Source of the DNA: Pecten maximus
Taxonomy: Eukaryota
Assembly: GCF_902652985.1 (NCBI RefSeq)
Contig: NC_047015.1
Span: 50,778,001-50,842,000, forward strand
Reading direction: 5' to 3'
Length of the DNA stretch: 64,000 nucleotides
Part shown: positions 1 to 15,800 of the stretch, one piece after another
Layout: each line of letters opens with the position of its first letter
Numbering within the stretch: the first letter of the stretch is position 1
Position numbers and translations under genes: made by a program
The notes under the pieces: generated by a model
The model's database searches: none
What the model saw: the letters and a program-made list of their open reading frames with translations, nothing else
What the model was told of the DNA's origin: nothing

Positions 1-710
1 GCATGATTATTTCAACAACCCTTTTAACTGCATGTAATTCGACATTAATGTTTTAAAACTAGATAAGAATTAATCTCACAATTGTCTTGGTCATTTTCTA
101 TATCTGATTACATTTTGGGCGTCATCAGTTAAAATTAATGGTCTAAGGTTGCGCTTGACCAGTTTCAAAATAAAAAAACAGATGTACAAGCTGCATTTGT
201 AGCTTATTAACCCTGCACATATATGTTATTGATAAGCGATGGTAAACTATATATATACACCCATGCTTTATTTCTTAAAGTGTAGAGTATACATGTACAT
301 GTTTATAAGGCAAAGATGAGGGAAGGACACATTTTAAAGAAATAATTTCTCTCAACCAAATTTGATATCGCTTGAGAAGTTACATTTACCGCTTTGAATA
401 AAGAGAATTTGTCAGAAAAGATTACAAATCAATTTATTATCAAAATTAAAAAAAGAGCCAAGCAGTACATTGTTTTAGCGTGAAGGAATGGTAATTTACA
501 AAATATCTACAAGCTCATGAAGGTGTTTACCTATGACATAACAATGGCATTAATCATTTTCATCGAAGTTTTGTCCTCTTAACAGATCTTAACTACTGAG
601 TTTGTATAGAGCAAGCATTAGGTAGAAATATCCATTACCCATCGGTACATTTTACTTGGGAACTGGTAATTTCCTGACTTCTGTTCATGATTGGTTTACC
701 TTCATTGTAG

Positions 711-802
711 GGTATGTTTGCCAGCTTCATTCCGGAAATTGCCGAAATCATCAGTCAGCAACAGAAGTATGGTGGAGCATACAAAAAGGAACGAGGCAAA
801 AA
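711..802 (+). CDS. slo: Slo1 exon: S6 end and C-linker ([30 protein letters not shown])
   Basis: ttgtag|GGT...AA|gtgagt; 92 nt, phase 0 to 2; matches Slo1 MFAS..PEI..KYGG. Confidence 0.95.
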
Positions 803-3800
803 GTGAGTGGTGAAGTGTGTTTGTGTATCAAATTAACCAAGCATGTGATTGGACTGGTGCCTATATCGCATACGAGCTGCCACTCAATACATCTTGATAT
901 GAAATATGGATATAGGAAAGTTTATTTTTAGATGTTAGAAAAAAATCCAAAAAGCAATAACTAATATATACGTTGTAGCCTTGAGTCTATTATTGTATCC
1001 CTGGCTTCAATAACACGCAGTTTGCATTATTTTCACATATAGGAATTGTTGTCTGTTTTGTAATTAGAAAAAAATATATTCTGTTGCATATGCATTGTAG
1101 TAACTTTATGTAAAAGATTCTCCTCTAAAAACAAAAACAAAAACAAGAAAGAAAAAAAAATTATAGGGAATTATTTTTTTCTGAAAGTCTATAAACCCTG
1201 CTTGATATCTTTAAAACAAAGACCCATACAATTTTGGAGTCAGCTAACTTGATCTTTTAACAGACAAAATATATTACAAGAAGTTGTTTTGATTTCCTTT
1301 TTTATTTCAGACATATTGTAGTTTGTGGTCATATCACATTTGACTCCGTGTCAAATTTTCTCAAAGATTTCTTGCACAAAGATAGGGAGGATGTCGACGT
1401 GGAGATAGTGTTTATCCACAAGTAAGTTCATATATCTGTATTATATATCAATTCATTGATCACTATGTAATATATGAAAGATATATAGAGAATGTATGGT
1501 CAGTATCTTAAAATATAAGCTGTATATTGGCGAGGGTTAAAAATGACTTTTTTTTTTCTGTCCAGAGCAAAATAGCATGCAATAGTCATCAAAATTAAGC
1601 ATTTTTAAATGAAACGGTTTCAACAATGTTCTGATTATCTTCGCCTTTTCAACGTCTTTTACTTGGGAGTAGGTCAGTCGAATTGACGCACGTGCTAAGA
1701 TTATATAATACAGCTGTTTTCCGCTTCTGTCGAATGCAGCAAAAATATATATAGTGGGCATATTCCGACAATGCGGATGCCAGTTGCAAGATAAATGGTC
1801 ATATGCGGACAGTGACAGTTAAACCTCTCAAGGGTAATTATGTAATGCCGATGCACTGAAAATATATATCAACACCAGAACAAGATACCAGACCCATGTG
1901 AATTGCACTGAAAACGACTTAACCAGACCGCATATCGAAATGCAATTTTGCGCTTTGGTACACAACAAGACAGCAACCGTCCAGTTGTACAGTATTGCAA
2001 TGGGTGTAGCATGTCACATACGTAAATGCCGAGCGAATCATTACGGGATTACGGAATTGAATGTTATACCATCAGTATATTACATAATGGGATATTCCCA
2101 GCTGTGCAATGATCGAAAAATGAACCGGTTAAAAAAAGTCGAAACGAATCAAATTTCATAATGATTGGACGCTAAAAATGTCATCCAGACAAAGTGATAT
2201 CAATCAATCTATAGTTTGTGAACACTAATTTATGATGCTCGCCCTTGCCCAGACACATCTATTAGACTAACACAGTGAGTGGGTCGGATACGGGTAACTC
2301 CAGCTTGCGCATGGACATTTAAGGAAAACCCTCTGACGGAAGTAAAACTGATGCATTTACTCTTTGTTGGTTTAGAAGATATTAAATTTCGTGTATTTCT
2401 TCTTCTTATTAAAATTGTATTGCATTTCCATTTCGTCAAATTTACATATATTTTATATCTCCATATTACATATATTTTATATTTCCAACGGAAACATTAC
2501 CATACAGAATCCACTAAATTTAACTATTCTACTTTCAAAAATCGCGATAGCGTGATATGTTTGAAAAACAAATTGAGCACGTGAGATATGTTTGCCTATT
2601 CTTGTACCCTTGGTCTACACTGTTGAAATATTAAGTTTAGAACCGCTCTCGATACATATATATAATTAAAGAGGTCTTATCATACTACCTCGGGGATACC
2701 ACCTTGAGAGATATTGTGATAGTATACAACGAAGAGAGAGACCCTCTTGCCTAAATCGCACTAAATCTATTTCTAACCAGTCTGTCATCAGCATACATTA
2801 TGTAATTATCACCCAAGAATATCTACAACCCATACCAATCATATCGCTAATAACAAATTATCTAAATCGACAGACTGACAATACCAAGTGGTATTTCAGT
2901 TAGTCTGGTAGATGCTAATGTTTATAATATTAAAAACGTTTTTTATTATAGGGGACCTGCCAGACCTGGAGTTGGAGGGATTATTCAAACGCCACTTCAC
3001 GCAGGTCGAGTTTTTCCAAGGCTCTGTGATGGACGCTAATGACCTAGATCGAGTTAAGGTAAGTGGCAGTAAGGATCATTCCGATCCGCCTGTATAAGGT
3101 CTATTAAAAGTTAAAAAGGGGTTGACCCTATAGCAGGCCAGGAAATGAACCTAGGGTCTGCAATGCCATTTTTGAACAATGTTTTGACTTCGTGTGGACC
3201 GACAAAACTTGTGTCAAGGTTATTGATGCTATATATAGAAATGTTGTTTCTGAGAATCAATCAACTCCAAGTTGACTGAACTCCTACTACTTCAAACACC
3301 ACTTTCCTATTTGTAGATTTCTTTTCCAGTTGAATGGTCAAGCATAAAGGTTACTGTTACTACTAAATATGTTTCCGCACATTCATTTGTATTATTTTGG
3401 ACATATCCCTTTAATCGTATCTCCATTTCCTCACAAGAAGGTAAATTCAAGTGGACTTCGCATACTGCTATCCCATCGAAATTGTTTTCCTCATATCTGT
3501 TTTTCAAGTCAAAAGGTCAAAGTTCAGATTTCAATATCACTGTTAATAGATATTGCAAAGCAGTCTGTGAATATATCAAGGACGATTAATATCTTTCAGC
3601 AATACATTGTTGAATTCGAACTACAATTTGTACTTTCTGTATAATAATTTTGAATTATTAATGATGCAGACAAATATAGCATCTACTAGAAAACGGTTGC
3701 ACAACTTTTGGCATGATGTGATGTCTAAAATAGATATGGGACTGCCTTAGTCTAGACAGATGGAGCGCAAGATAAGAAACTTGGGTTGTATGGAGTTAAA

Positions 3801-6800
3801 TATAAATAGATAGTGTTTTGTCGATATTGCTATGCACTTCAACAATGCACGATGCTTTGATCACATGGACTAGTTGATCAAAGTTTTATTTGGTATAACA
3901 CTTTGAAATTTCTTTTCTGGATTTTTTAAAGAAGGAAATCATTAGTATTCAGTGCAACACTTCAGCTTTTGTGTATATATATTGACGACATCAAATTATT
4001 TTTATCAATTGTTTACCTTATAAAGATACGATTCATACCTTATAAACTATATACCTATTGTTATAAATATCATTTTGTGTTTATCTACTTAGTTTAGGGA
4101 ATTCCGCAGTAACGTAAATTGTTTTAATTATATCTGGGTTGTTAATGTTGTTGTAGGTTGTATCAGCCGACGCCTGTCTTGTGCTCGCCAATAAGTACTG
4201 CCAGGACCCAGACCAGGAAGACGCAGCCAACATTATGCGTGTCATCTCTATCAAAAATTTTCACGCAGAAATTAAAGTCATTGTACAGCTCATGCAATAC
4301 CACAACAAAGTAAATACATCAAAGCTAACGTTTTTCCTAAATTGTGTTAACTTTCCGATACAGCAGATTACTGTCTGTGTATTCATGTAAACCGTTATGT
4401 TTTTTGCTTCTTTTCCATACAGCAAATTACTGTCTGTGTATCCATGTAAACCGTTATGTTTTTTGCTTCTTTTCCATACAGCAAATAACTGTCTGTGTAT
4501 CCATGTAAACCGTGATGTTTTTTGCTTGCTAATATGTTCTCCATTTATTGCAGTTACTTTCCAAAGTTAATACATTAAACAACAATCTCAAAAAATGTCT
4601 GATGCTAAACGTGACTTTTTGCAAGTCAATAAAATATGTATGTCTTTCAACTTCATCTCAAGTTTAGTTTAAGACGCCATTTCTCACCCCATTAGAGAAG
4701 ACATCACAGTTTGGCCCCACTCCATTTTATTCTTTCAAAGCTTTTCATTTACAATTCATAATCTTAAGCCAATGTCTAATTTCTAAACTTTAAATCATTG
4801 CAACATATATGAAGGTCTGATGTGAGCATTAAGTGTGTCTTGCCTTCAATTCCAGTATCTAACTTTTTCAACTAATTAAAATTTGAATTTGAATTAGAAT
4901 TTGATTCTTAACTAGGGTCTATGCCCCTAATGTGTCAAGCGAAATTGGTAACCTTTACTTTATTCCCATAATTCACGGAAGGTATAGTGTTTACTATAAT
5001 TAAGTGTTTCATTCTGCTTTTATAACAATGGTAAACTGTTTGTTTATGTCAGGCGTACCTTTTGAACATCCCGAGCTGGGACTGGAAACGAGGGGACGAC
5101 GCTGTCTGTATAGCAGAGCTAAAACTTGGATTTATTGCTCAAAGCTGTCTGGCTCCGGGTTTCTCCACCTTGATGGCTAACCTTTTTACTATGAGATCCT
5201 ACAAAACAGTGAGTAAGATACAATGATTAAACAGCTGAGAATGTGGCGGAAGTAATGAGATGTAGAGAGTAGACGTTTGCTTTGTTTACTTTGTGTGTGT
5301 GTGATTGCCAACTTCTTATTCTGCAATGAGACAAAGTGTTAAGCTGTATGGAATGGGTTCATAGTGTTACAGAAAAAAAAAACTCTCAGAGATAAGACAA
5401 GATATATTTTTGACATTGATGGCCACAGTTGTCTGTATCGATTTTTTTTATCATTATATTGTCTTTTTTTCACATGAGGAAGTACAGACAAAGAGATACA
5501 TTTGTAAGAAGACGAATTAATGATACAAATTAACTAAAATTAATTTTGAAAGACGAATTTTCAGATTCTGAATATAATCTTTATATAAATCGTTGGTCAC
5601 ATTGTGGATTCATTTGAGAAAACACTAAAACGTTGGTTATTGTTCATGTGTATTGACATTGAGACAATCCGGCCCCAGTGAATTGTAATTCATATAATGT
5701 ATATCAACTTAAACGGTGTACTTTAGAAGTCGCAACTGTTTAAAAATATAAATATAGATCTGCTACCGTTTGATAAGAACTCAAATTGAGATGATAACAA
5801 TTCCGACACGGAACAGATCATGAAAGTCAACTTATACCGAACAACTGTTTAAATATAATTTTGTACCTGACGAATGACTTCTTTTTCAGGCTGTACCTTA
5901 ACAAATGCAATTTATCAAAGGGCTACTCGTAAATTACCTACGTTTAACTATTTTGTATCAACAGTCACCTGACATGGCTAAATGGCAAAACGACTACATG
6001 CGTGGCACCGCTATGGAGATGTATACGGAGTACCTATCCGGTTCCTTCAATGGAATGACGTTTCCTGAGGCAGCACAGTAAGTTATTTTTTGAAATTGTG
6101 AAGTTATTATTACATACATATTTCCCCAACTATTCGAATAAATAGCAAGTCTATATCGAGTAGACTTTCTTACACACATGTTATCATTAATGTTTTGTCT
6201 TAAAACGGAGTTTGCACCTATTCCATGCTGTTTGCCGCTTGGGTTCCTTTCATTATTTTATTACATAATATTTTGGAACTTTTCTGCATTTCACAGGCTG
6301 TGTTTCTCCAAACTTAAGTTACTCCTACTCGCTATCGAGGTTCGACAGGAAGATGGAAGGGAGAGTACTCTAGCCATAAATCCTGGTCAGAAAATAAAAA
6401 TTGAAAATGCAACCCAAGGCTTTTTCATCGCAGAGTCGGCGGAGGAAGTGAAGAGGTATAGTAAAACAAAACCATAGTACTTATAATAATACATGAATGT
6501 TAATACAAATATCAAAACCAATCCCAATTTTAACACATAATTAAAATATATAGATAACAAGATTCCTTAAACTGTACGCTATGTATTTCATTGTTGACAA
6601 AATTGAATGCATCATGATAATTTACATTGCACAATATTTGCCTTATTCGGAGATGGTACTCCCTATACATGCCGTTGAAGTAGATGAGAGCTAAGGAAAT
6701 GCGCTCTTAAAGGCCATATCTACATAATGTGGTCAATCTCGTTGTGTAGATGATTTTTGATAAGTTGCTGAAGATACTGATTCATCAAAATGTTTGACAT

Positions 6801-9800
6801 GTCCATATTATTATTTGGAAGGCCAGAATGTATGTGTCTTCTTTCAGCAGCCGGGAATGTGCCATATCGATTGTGGTCGATGCCATGCTAACGAAACCAT
6901 ATTCATGGATTTGTGTTTGTCTTGTTTTGTAGGGCATTTTACTACTGTAAAACGTGTCACATTACAACAACAGATGTAAGGGCAATCAAAAAGTGTCGCT
7001 GCAAACCATGTAAGTTGACTGTTATGTTTACTTGTTATTAATCATCATATATAATATTATCTAATTAACAATTCATGATAAACAAAAAATAAAAATGATA
7101 TCACTATTACATTCGTTAAATTATAAAATTTGCTATCGATACGTATTATTATCAAATATTCTTGAATTAAATGATTTTCTGGAGAAGATGTTTTTATTTT
7201 TCAACTGGTCGCTAACAATATCGTAATATATCCGATGTTGTCATGTACAGCCAGGCTTTAATCTTTGCCAGTAAAACTCTTAACACTACCTGGTTTTGCC
7301 ATACCCTATTATTGACCTTTGACCCCCCAGTTATCTAACATCTAGTTCTGAAGTCGTTGGTGACTATTAATAATGCATGGACATCACTAACTCCAAATCG
7401 TTAACAATGGATAATCAGTAAGAAATGCATTTTGATTATTGAAATAATGACAGTATAGTTTTCTTGCCTTGAAACGACAAAATTGTCCCTTACATTAGGC
7501 TTAATAGATATTTTTGTAAATTAATAGCAACCTAACAGATGCATTCATGAAGTTATTGAATGGATTTTTTTCTTCGTTGATTAAAGCAAATCTTTTCAAA
7601 TCACGGTCGATATCACCAGGATTGCAATTTTGGTTGCTACTGGGTTAATTTTCTTTCCTTTTTTTTCTTGAACAGAAATAAAAATATAAATACATATTCA
7701 TCAAATAACAAAAAGCTTTTCTAAGTTTTTGGTGTATGAAAATGTTATTTAATGAAGTGCTCATACAGATACATTTGTACACTTCTTGCGAAAGATTGTA
7801 AGACCACAGACGTAGGTTTAGATTCATCAGTAGTTTAAAACTTCAGTTTTCATAACAAAATCTGAATAATCCAGGTAATATAACTAATGTAGAAGTGGAA
7901 ATGTTTGCGGCGTGGAAATTTAATGAGTTGATTAGTTATTAACGTCATATTCATTAATTGTTTCTTATACAGAAGGTTATTGTACTATAAAAACCTGTTT
8001 CCCTGTATCACTCAGATAAAAATAAAGACACACAGTGTAATAATTTGTCGTGTAATGCGATCATAAGTAGTAATTTAGCGACCATAGCCAAACGGATAGC
8101 TTAAATTGTTGGAATGTTTTGTTATTTTAGTATGTCCGATCGAAATAATGAATAATCAAATCGATAAATGCATGCTGAATTTGCTTTTTCGTAAAAAGGT
8201 GTTTGTAAAAATGTGTTTGAAGCTACTGGATATATGTGAATTTAAAATGAAGGTTTAAAGAAATAAATTCAGACAAAAACACCTTAGTTTAATGTTATTT
8301 CTGGAAATAATAAATAATAATGTCATGTTTACTAAGTCCCTCGTAGACTATATAAAATAAAACAGATAGAAACTTGAAGCGGAATGTAATTGTTGTATGA
8401 AGGTTAGCATGTGATCAAATTAAATATGGGAAACGTGATTGTATTTCAGCAGGTAGCAATTGAATAACAAGATTTGTTTTGTATGATATGAATTACAGTT
8501 TGAAGACTCTTGTACTAAGTTTACCTAGTGGCTGTTTAATGTATGCTAAACTATGACTTAGATAAGAAATTGGATAATTCTATCATAAAAAGCATAACAA
8601 ACATTTTTTTAAATAATAATATCTATCTGAACAGTCACTATTACTTAAACGTAGTACAGGAATTTTGAACCCTTGCATATTTCAAACGTTGAAATTTCTT
8701 ATGTATTTTTTTTATCAGTGGCAATGTTTAAAAAGGGAGCTACGGCTGTAATAGGTACATTTATTGTTCTACCTGTTTATGTATAACCCTGTAGAGAACA
8801 GTCTTGCTAAATGTCACCTGCACCTTAATAACCTTCTAAAGTCACATTTAGTCATTTCTGTGTAAATCACTGTATGTTTAACATATAACGTTATGAATTT
8901 TCAACGAAACACTTGAATCTTTTAACATATCGACCGATATTGGGTTGACTTTAAAATCAGTAAAATAGTATTGCTGTAATAACATCTTACGAAAAATGCA
9001 TTTATTTTTTTTAAATATCTAATTGTGGCAATATACGTCGACATATAGTTTATTTTGGAAATAACGTGAAATTTATCTTTAATATTTTAATGAAGAAAAA
9101 ATTTAATGTGCAATTTTCGGACAAGTAATTTCTTTCTTACTTGTTAATGGCGAAATGTGACTCTTTATATTACTCAGAATTTTGTCATTGCTACGTATCA
9201 TCCGTATATATATGTATATTTGACCAAATTATGTATTGCCCTGGATGTTATTATATATATATATATATATAATTATTGTATGTTTTGTCTCATTGTTGTT
9301 ACTGTATTGATGTTAGATCTTTATTGTTCTATATTGTCTTATTTAAAACGAAAAATAATCTCAACACCAATTAGAAATCAGATTTGATCATAAAAATGAG
9401 GCTACTTATGAATTACGCAATTTGTAATCTAACATTTTCCTTTTTTTCTTCTGAAAGAATCAATCTGATTCATTAATATAAAGAATACTAACCAGAAAAT
9501 CTTCGGGTTTTTGCCCTTGTTTTTCACAGAAAACTAATATTACTTGAGTTAACAATACTTTTTCATTAACTTTTTTTTTGACGTACACAGTCATTCCATT
9601 TTTTGCTCTATGTAAATATATTATCATTCACATGTTACATGTCATATTTGCGTGCCAGGTATATGTATAATGTCATAGGTCTAGGCATGGATGACAGCAA
9701 ACGTTTATCGGCAGAATAGTTCAAAAGGATCACGCTGTAATGATTGAGTTGTCTTAGATTACATAGATGTAGGACAGCAAAGAAAGACGAAGGAAAATGA

Positions 9801-12800
9801 TCTAAATAGCGTACAATACCCTGTCATTTATAACGACTGTAAGTGCCATGGCAAGGCCGATCTCAATGCTAAATTATTTTTTTTATTAAAGAAAAAGCAG
9901 TAATTTAGATGCTTGTGCATGTGAAAGGTTTGTCAGTTAATGGCACGTGCTGCACACAAATACCTAAGATTTAAATTACCTTTACATTCATATATACGTT
10001 CAAATCACTTCAACGCATGATGATAAACATATTTAACATACCTTAATTACATGGCATATATTATATTGTTTGAGCGAAAATAGACATCTTAAATTACAAG
10101 TAAATGATTGTATAAAAGACACGTAATATGTCAGTACCCTTCAATACAAATTAAGAGAAAGATTAGGCAGAGCCAAAACATAATTTAAGTGCAACATACT
10201 GTTGTTTTGCCCGTCTAGTTCTCTTCAGTGCTAAGCCTTACATTTTAGTAATTATATAAGAACATTTAGGTAGAAGCGTTTAATTGATTTTCATTTATAT
10301 ATTGTATGCATCACAACGCGTACTAAAACGATCTGTTGGGCTGTTTTTTTCTCTATATTTTAAAATAATTACTTTGAACAACGCTATAACATTATCATGA
10401 GGCCATAGTTCATTGGTACGTGCCCTGGAATAAAATGAAACAGAATTCATTTAGGAAATGCAAACAACCATTTAAATACATGTAATCATTGATTGTTTTA
10501 AAGAAAATAATGAGTAACAAAAAACAAATCAATACCCGCGTCGGTTGCAAAAAAGGCTGATTTGAGTTTGAAATAAAGAGATAAAAATGGGTCAGGCCAA
10601 ACAAAACCGCCATATCCTAAAAACTTATTTTAGGTTAAAGTAGTTTAGCTTTTCAATTAATATCGAAACAATGAATAATACAATGTACGTGTATAATTAA
10701 ATAAGTCCAAGGTTCGTTTGTGGGAGTTTGGGAAAGAAGAAACTCAAATGAGACGTTCAAAACAAAACTTCTATAGTTTAGAAAACCTATAGGTTCTAGC
10801 AGGTTATTTAAACAAAATCAATACAACTGCCAATATGTTATCATAGATTGAATGCCTACTCAGAATTGTTTCTTATAGCATAACGAACTGGAAAATCCAA
10901 AGGACGGATACTATCTCGATCTGACAACACCTGGACATTATCGTATTTAGTAAAGGTTTCATTTCTTTAAAAATCATCATGTTACTAAGTTATAAGTTCT
11001 CACACTTAAAATAAAAACCAGATCACTATAGGAAGTGGTTTATTCATCATGCATAACCGTAAATAACTACATAAGGAAAGAGAGAGGATGGTGTCAAAGA
11101 TAGGCATAGGATTAAAAGATAAAATCTTTAATAATTTTCCAACATATAAGTTGGAATGTGTTTGTCAGAAATGGCAAAATGTAGACGTTGGTATTGTGAA
11201 AGAATGTTTGAAAATGCAATACTTTGAATTTTTGCTGATAACATGGAAACATGGAATTTAATCATTTTTTCTGTTTTTTTCTCACTTTTGTCATTAATAT
11301 AAATTACTTTATTCCTGTATAATATATATCTACTGTTGTACTGGTACAAAACAATGGCAACTTCATTATTAATATCAAGCATTGCTTCTTACAACTTCCG
11401 TTATGTTATCATAATTAATGAATTTACAATATCAAATCTCAGTCGTAATTTATACGGCAATGTTCAGTTTAAAAAAATATCATTAAACACAAACTCATGC
11501 ATGTTGCATCATGTTTGTAAATGTTTAATTGTTTAACAAATGTTGCAAGTTTTCTCTTTTATATTTTTATATTTTATATTTTCCGAACGAGAATGAAAAT
11601 TGTGGAACAATGCTTCTATGCTTATTGGATCAAACTTTTGACAATTCCAGAGAATTTAGATAGAATAATTATCCCCTACGCTTTCTAACGTCTCCTTTTA
11701 GACATTTAATGTTTTGTGACGTAATAAGCTAATTAGGCAAATACATCATCTATTGATTTGGGTTAAATGTATACGAAGGGAACCATATTTGATGGCACAA
11801 AGCAATGTATCGGTGAGTGTTATTTAAGTGTAAACAAATCTTAAGGCCGACCGCAATGGGAAATTATCATTGCTGGAAACATCTCCTTTCATTGGTTTTC
11901 CAGTATTTTAATATTGGTCATGAATTTCAAGAATTCTGAAGTTAATATTATGAAATTTATAAAATGTATGTATGTCTCATATGTAGAAAAAAATGTTCAA
12001 TATATCTGTGTAATAAAATCAATGGATGATTTATCAATAAGCTTTTTTGGAGATTAAATCATCTTAGATTGATCAAATTGTTAGTTTATATTTGTAAATA
12101 TATGCATGGATGTTGTTACTCTATGTAACAATGTTGTTTAGTTTGTGCTTGTGTCACGTGATATGTAATTATATATTTTTTGTCCTATTTTAGTGTTATA
12201 CCATTTTAATATTTATGTATTACCCTGTTTACATATTAACACAGTCTTTTACCTAAGGTAAGGTCTGGCGGCTACACAACAGCTCGTCACTGCAGAACTT
12301 AGAAATATTTTTGTTTGTATTTTAATATTGATGTATGATTACCTGTGTTGACGTAATAATTCAATAACTGATCAACTGTGTAATATGGAAAACATAATAT
12401 AATTAATAGAAACATTTATAACTGAAACAACAAAACATTCCCTATTCCATAGGTTATAGCATCACCAAGTTAATTGGTAAGAATTATTTGACCAGAGAGT
12501 GTCATGGTTACTGCATGTAATTGGTTATGAAATTTGCGTGCGTTTGTCTTGGAAAGCACGACACAGTCAGAATACTTTTTTCTTGCAAAAACAAGTCTTT
12601 TAAAGCCATGCATAACTTTACTATGGGGAATTTTTAGCACAATTACTGATTGGCAAAATATTTTCTTCTAATTCAAATCACCATAGTAAAGGATTTCAAT
12701 TAGAATTGTTTGCACTGGGCAGTTATTTTCAATTCAAAAATGTTACTGACCAGTTAATACTAATTCAAAATAAGTAAGAAAAAACATCTCCTTGACATTG

Positions 12801-15800
12801 CAAAACAAAAATACAAAAACAAAAATACAAAGACAAAAACAAAACAAAAATTCTAAAATTCTCACATGACTGTGTCTATTGCTTAATAGTAATGATTTGA
12901 AGTACTAAAATCTTTCCTCAATACATTTGATCTTAAAGGTTTTATTTTTCTACAGTAAAGCGATTGCTAAAGAAGGAGACTGGAGGTACTAACAATAAAC
13001 GCTGCCACGCAGCATAATGACAGCACGTTATCAGTATATAAACCTGCTTATGATAAACAGCAGCAATGCTGATAATGTGCTGCCTAATACAAAAACAGTA
13101 TATATGCTTGGTTACATGACTATGGTTACCATTTACTGAACACAGAATCGTGTTTATTCAAAACATTTCCTTTTTATACCCATTTCAGCAATTAGTATGA
13201 AATTATCAGAATTGAAATGGCTGATGAATTGTAGCAAGATTCTGTGGTTCAGCATATCACATTTCACGTTAGATTTGTTTTGCAGAGATATACTACTTGT
13301 TTTGTTTCCAGTGTGTTACAACACATTTACGTCACTTCGGGTTAGCGAAACTGATGACGTCACAATAAAAGTGAGGATGGATATGTAGTGATGATATTGA
13401 TTTATGTATTTGAAAGTGCATGCAATATCACACTATCACAATATCACAACTTAAGATAGCGTTTTTAATAGTTAATAACACCAAAACACTGAATTGTTCA
13501 CATTTTAAATGTCTAATATATCACATTCACGGAAATTGAATTAAAAAAACAAGTTACATATACACATTATGTTTTTAACGTTATAGATGAATAAACTGAT
13601 CTTAAATTTTACATTTTAAGTATAACCGGATAGTAACATCTATTACATGATGCGTTTGTGAATTGTAGTTATATCATTCATATATATATATATATTTATA
13701 TTTATAAATGAACACAGACTGTGTTCATTTTACGTTGGTATGGTACACACTGCATATGGCAATAGTGTACGTTAGCAATCTTAATATCACGATGTTATTA
13801 TGCGATGGTTTTGATGTTTTAGCTTAAATGTTAAAGAAATTATTCTGTATGGCATAAGAGAGTTTAGATATTCGATTCTGAATGACAAAAAAAATACATG
13901 CAAATATTCTGCTGAAAGGATGTTCAATAATGTATTATACTGAATTTGAATAATTGCCTTCATGTCGAGACATATCGGATATAAAAACATGTACATCTCT
14001 GTGTTCTTCATTTCAAATAAATTGAGGATGACGTCATGATGCCATGGGATAGATTAGAATCAGAATGATGCAAGATATACTTATCTTTCCAAGTACAAAT
14101 GTTTGACATTGAGGATGAAGCATGTTAAATTTAATTGATGTAGATAAATCTCAGTCAGAATCATTTTACATATATCTGCTGTGGTCTAGCATTTTTTATT
14201 GTGATATTTCCAGCGAGTGCAGTGATAGAAAATACAGGGGCGCTGGAAGGTATATTAGCTAAATACTGCTCAAGATTGCTCTAGCTGGCCGCTCTATTAT
14301 ACTGAATGCTATGTATAGAATTATTTAGTTTAATTATGTTCACGTGCTTGACACACTTTAATATTTAAGAACAAATGCAAACCACAGGAAAAAAATCAAA
14401 AATGTTCTGAAATTTTCCACTTTTAGGATTAGATTTAAGTAGTAAATGAGTCTAAGTGGCAATGATTTGGTGATAAATAATTGTATTTATATTTAATGCA
14501 TGTCTTCAGTTTTGTTTCATTTAATTAGTTAAATGTTTTATGATATAAAAAAAACTTCATTTTCTGAATGCTGAATAGTATGTAGATCGCAACGTACAAG
14601 AAGTCACCTTTCAAAATAATATTTTAAAAATATTTTTCTCAGCTGAGACCAACTTCATTAATGAAGACCAATGGATGGGTGGGGGTTGATGTTTATGAGG
14701 AAATCTCCGTTTTCACTCAATTTCACGACGGTGTGTCTACACCGCGTCATCAAACATTAGTTACAGAGGTTACAGAGATTTAACACTGTGGTAGGCCAAT
14801 TTATTTCTGACGAGTATCTGTTATACAAATAAAAGGCGAATATTTCACTATGATTGTACTTGCTGAGAACAGGCGGTTGGTTTTACATTTACATGAACCA
14901 TACACGGAGTCAGATCTTCTTTGATAATGACAGCTATATGTTAAAGATCGTGACAATCTGCGATATTTTTATTAATATTTAAATACAAGGACTCTCATGT
15001 AATGTGTTCCAAATTGAAAACAGAAATACATCATCAGTTATAAGGACTCCAGTGATTTAACCTGAAAACTTTATCTGATTTTTAGACATTCGTTTCAACA
15101 TGTATCTATACATGTATCTTTACTTGATTTGATATTAGTGCTTCAAACTGTAGAAATTGAGAAAAAATAATAAGTTCTATACTTATCATCGTGATACACA
15201 TTTATATTTTCTGCAGTATTCTTTTTTTGGTAATTTTCTTGATAACGATGACTTTTTTGTAACTTCATATTATAACAAGGGGAAATTCAGAATGTGTCTA
15301 AGCATGGTATAAGTTGAACGAGAATTTTGTCTTATTGCTCAAAAGGTACTTGTATAACGTCACTAAAATGCATGGAATGCTTTGTTGAAACAGATATCTG
15401 TATTACGTATACATATATATGTATTAATGTATTCTTAGCAGAACTATATATATCTTTAGTATACTCAATATGACATGTGTAAGCTGCATACAGTGCAACA
15501 AATCTATAATTGTATAACTACTGTACTATCAATTCTAATATGTGGTGTTTTCCTACAGAACTGATTAATAAGAAGAAACTTACAAAGCTCAATATAAGTT
15601 TCTAAGTGAACATTCTTATGATAACACAGTTATAAATGTATTACCTAACCTAGTAAGATATTATACCTATATAACCGGATATCTGCCTTTAATAGTATTT
15701 ACAATATTCTGTTGTTTCCTACCCTAGTAAGATATTATGTCTATATAATCGGATATCTGCCTTTAAAAGTATTTACATTAATCTTGTTTCCTAACCTGAT

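Noticed and set aside
1530-2615. GC-richer intronic block as a TIR transposon or an alternative RCK1 exon
   Set aside because: Only a weak end match (about 9/13), no TSD and no Slo-like or transposase-like translation found.
7973-7975. 3-nt microexon (tacag|AAG|gttatt)
   Set aside because: It would create TAA after the phase-1 T of the preceding exon, and the donor is weak.
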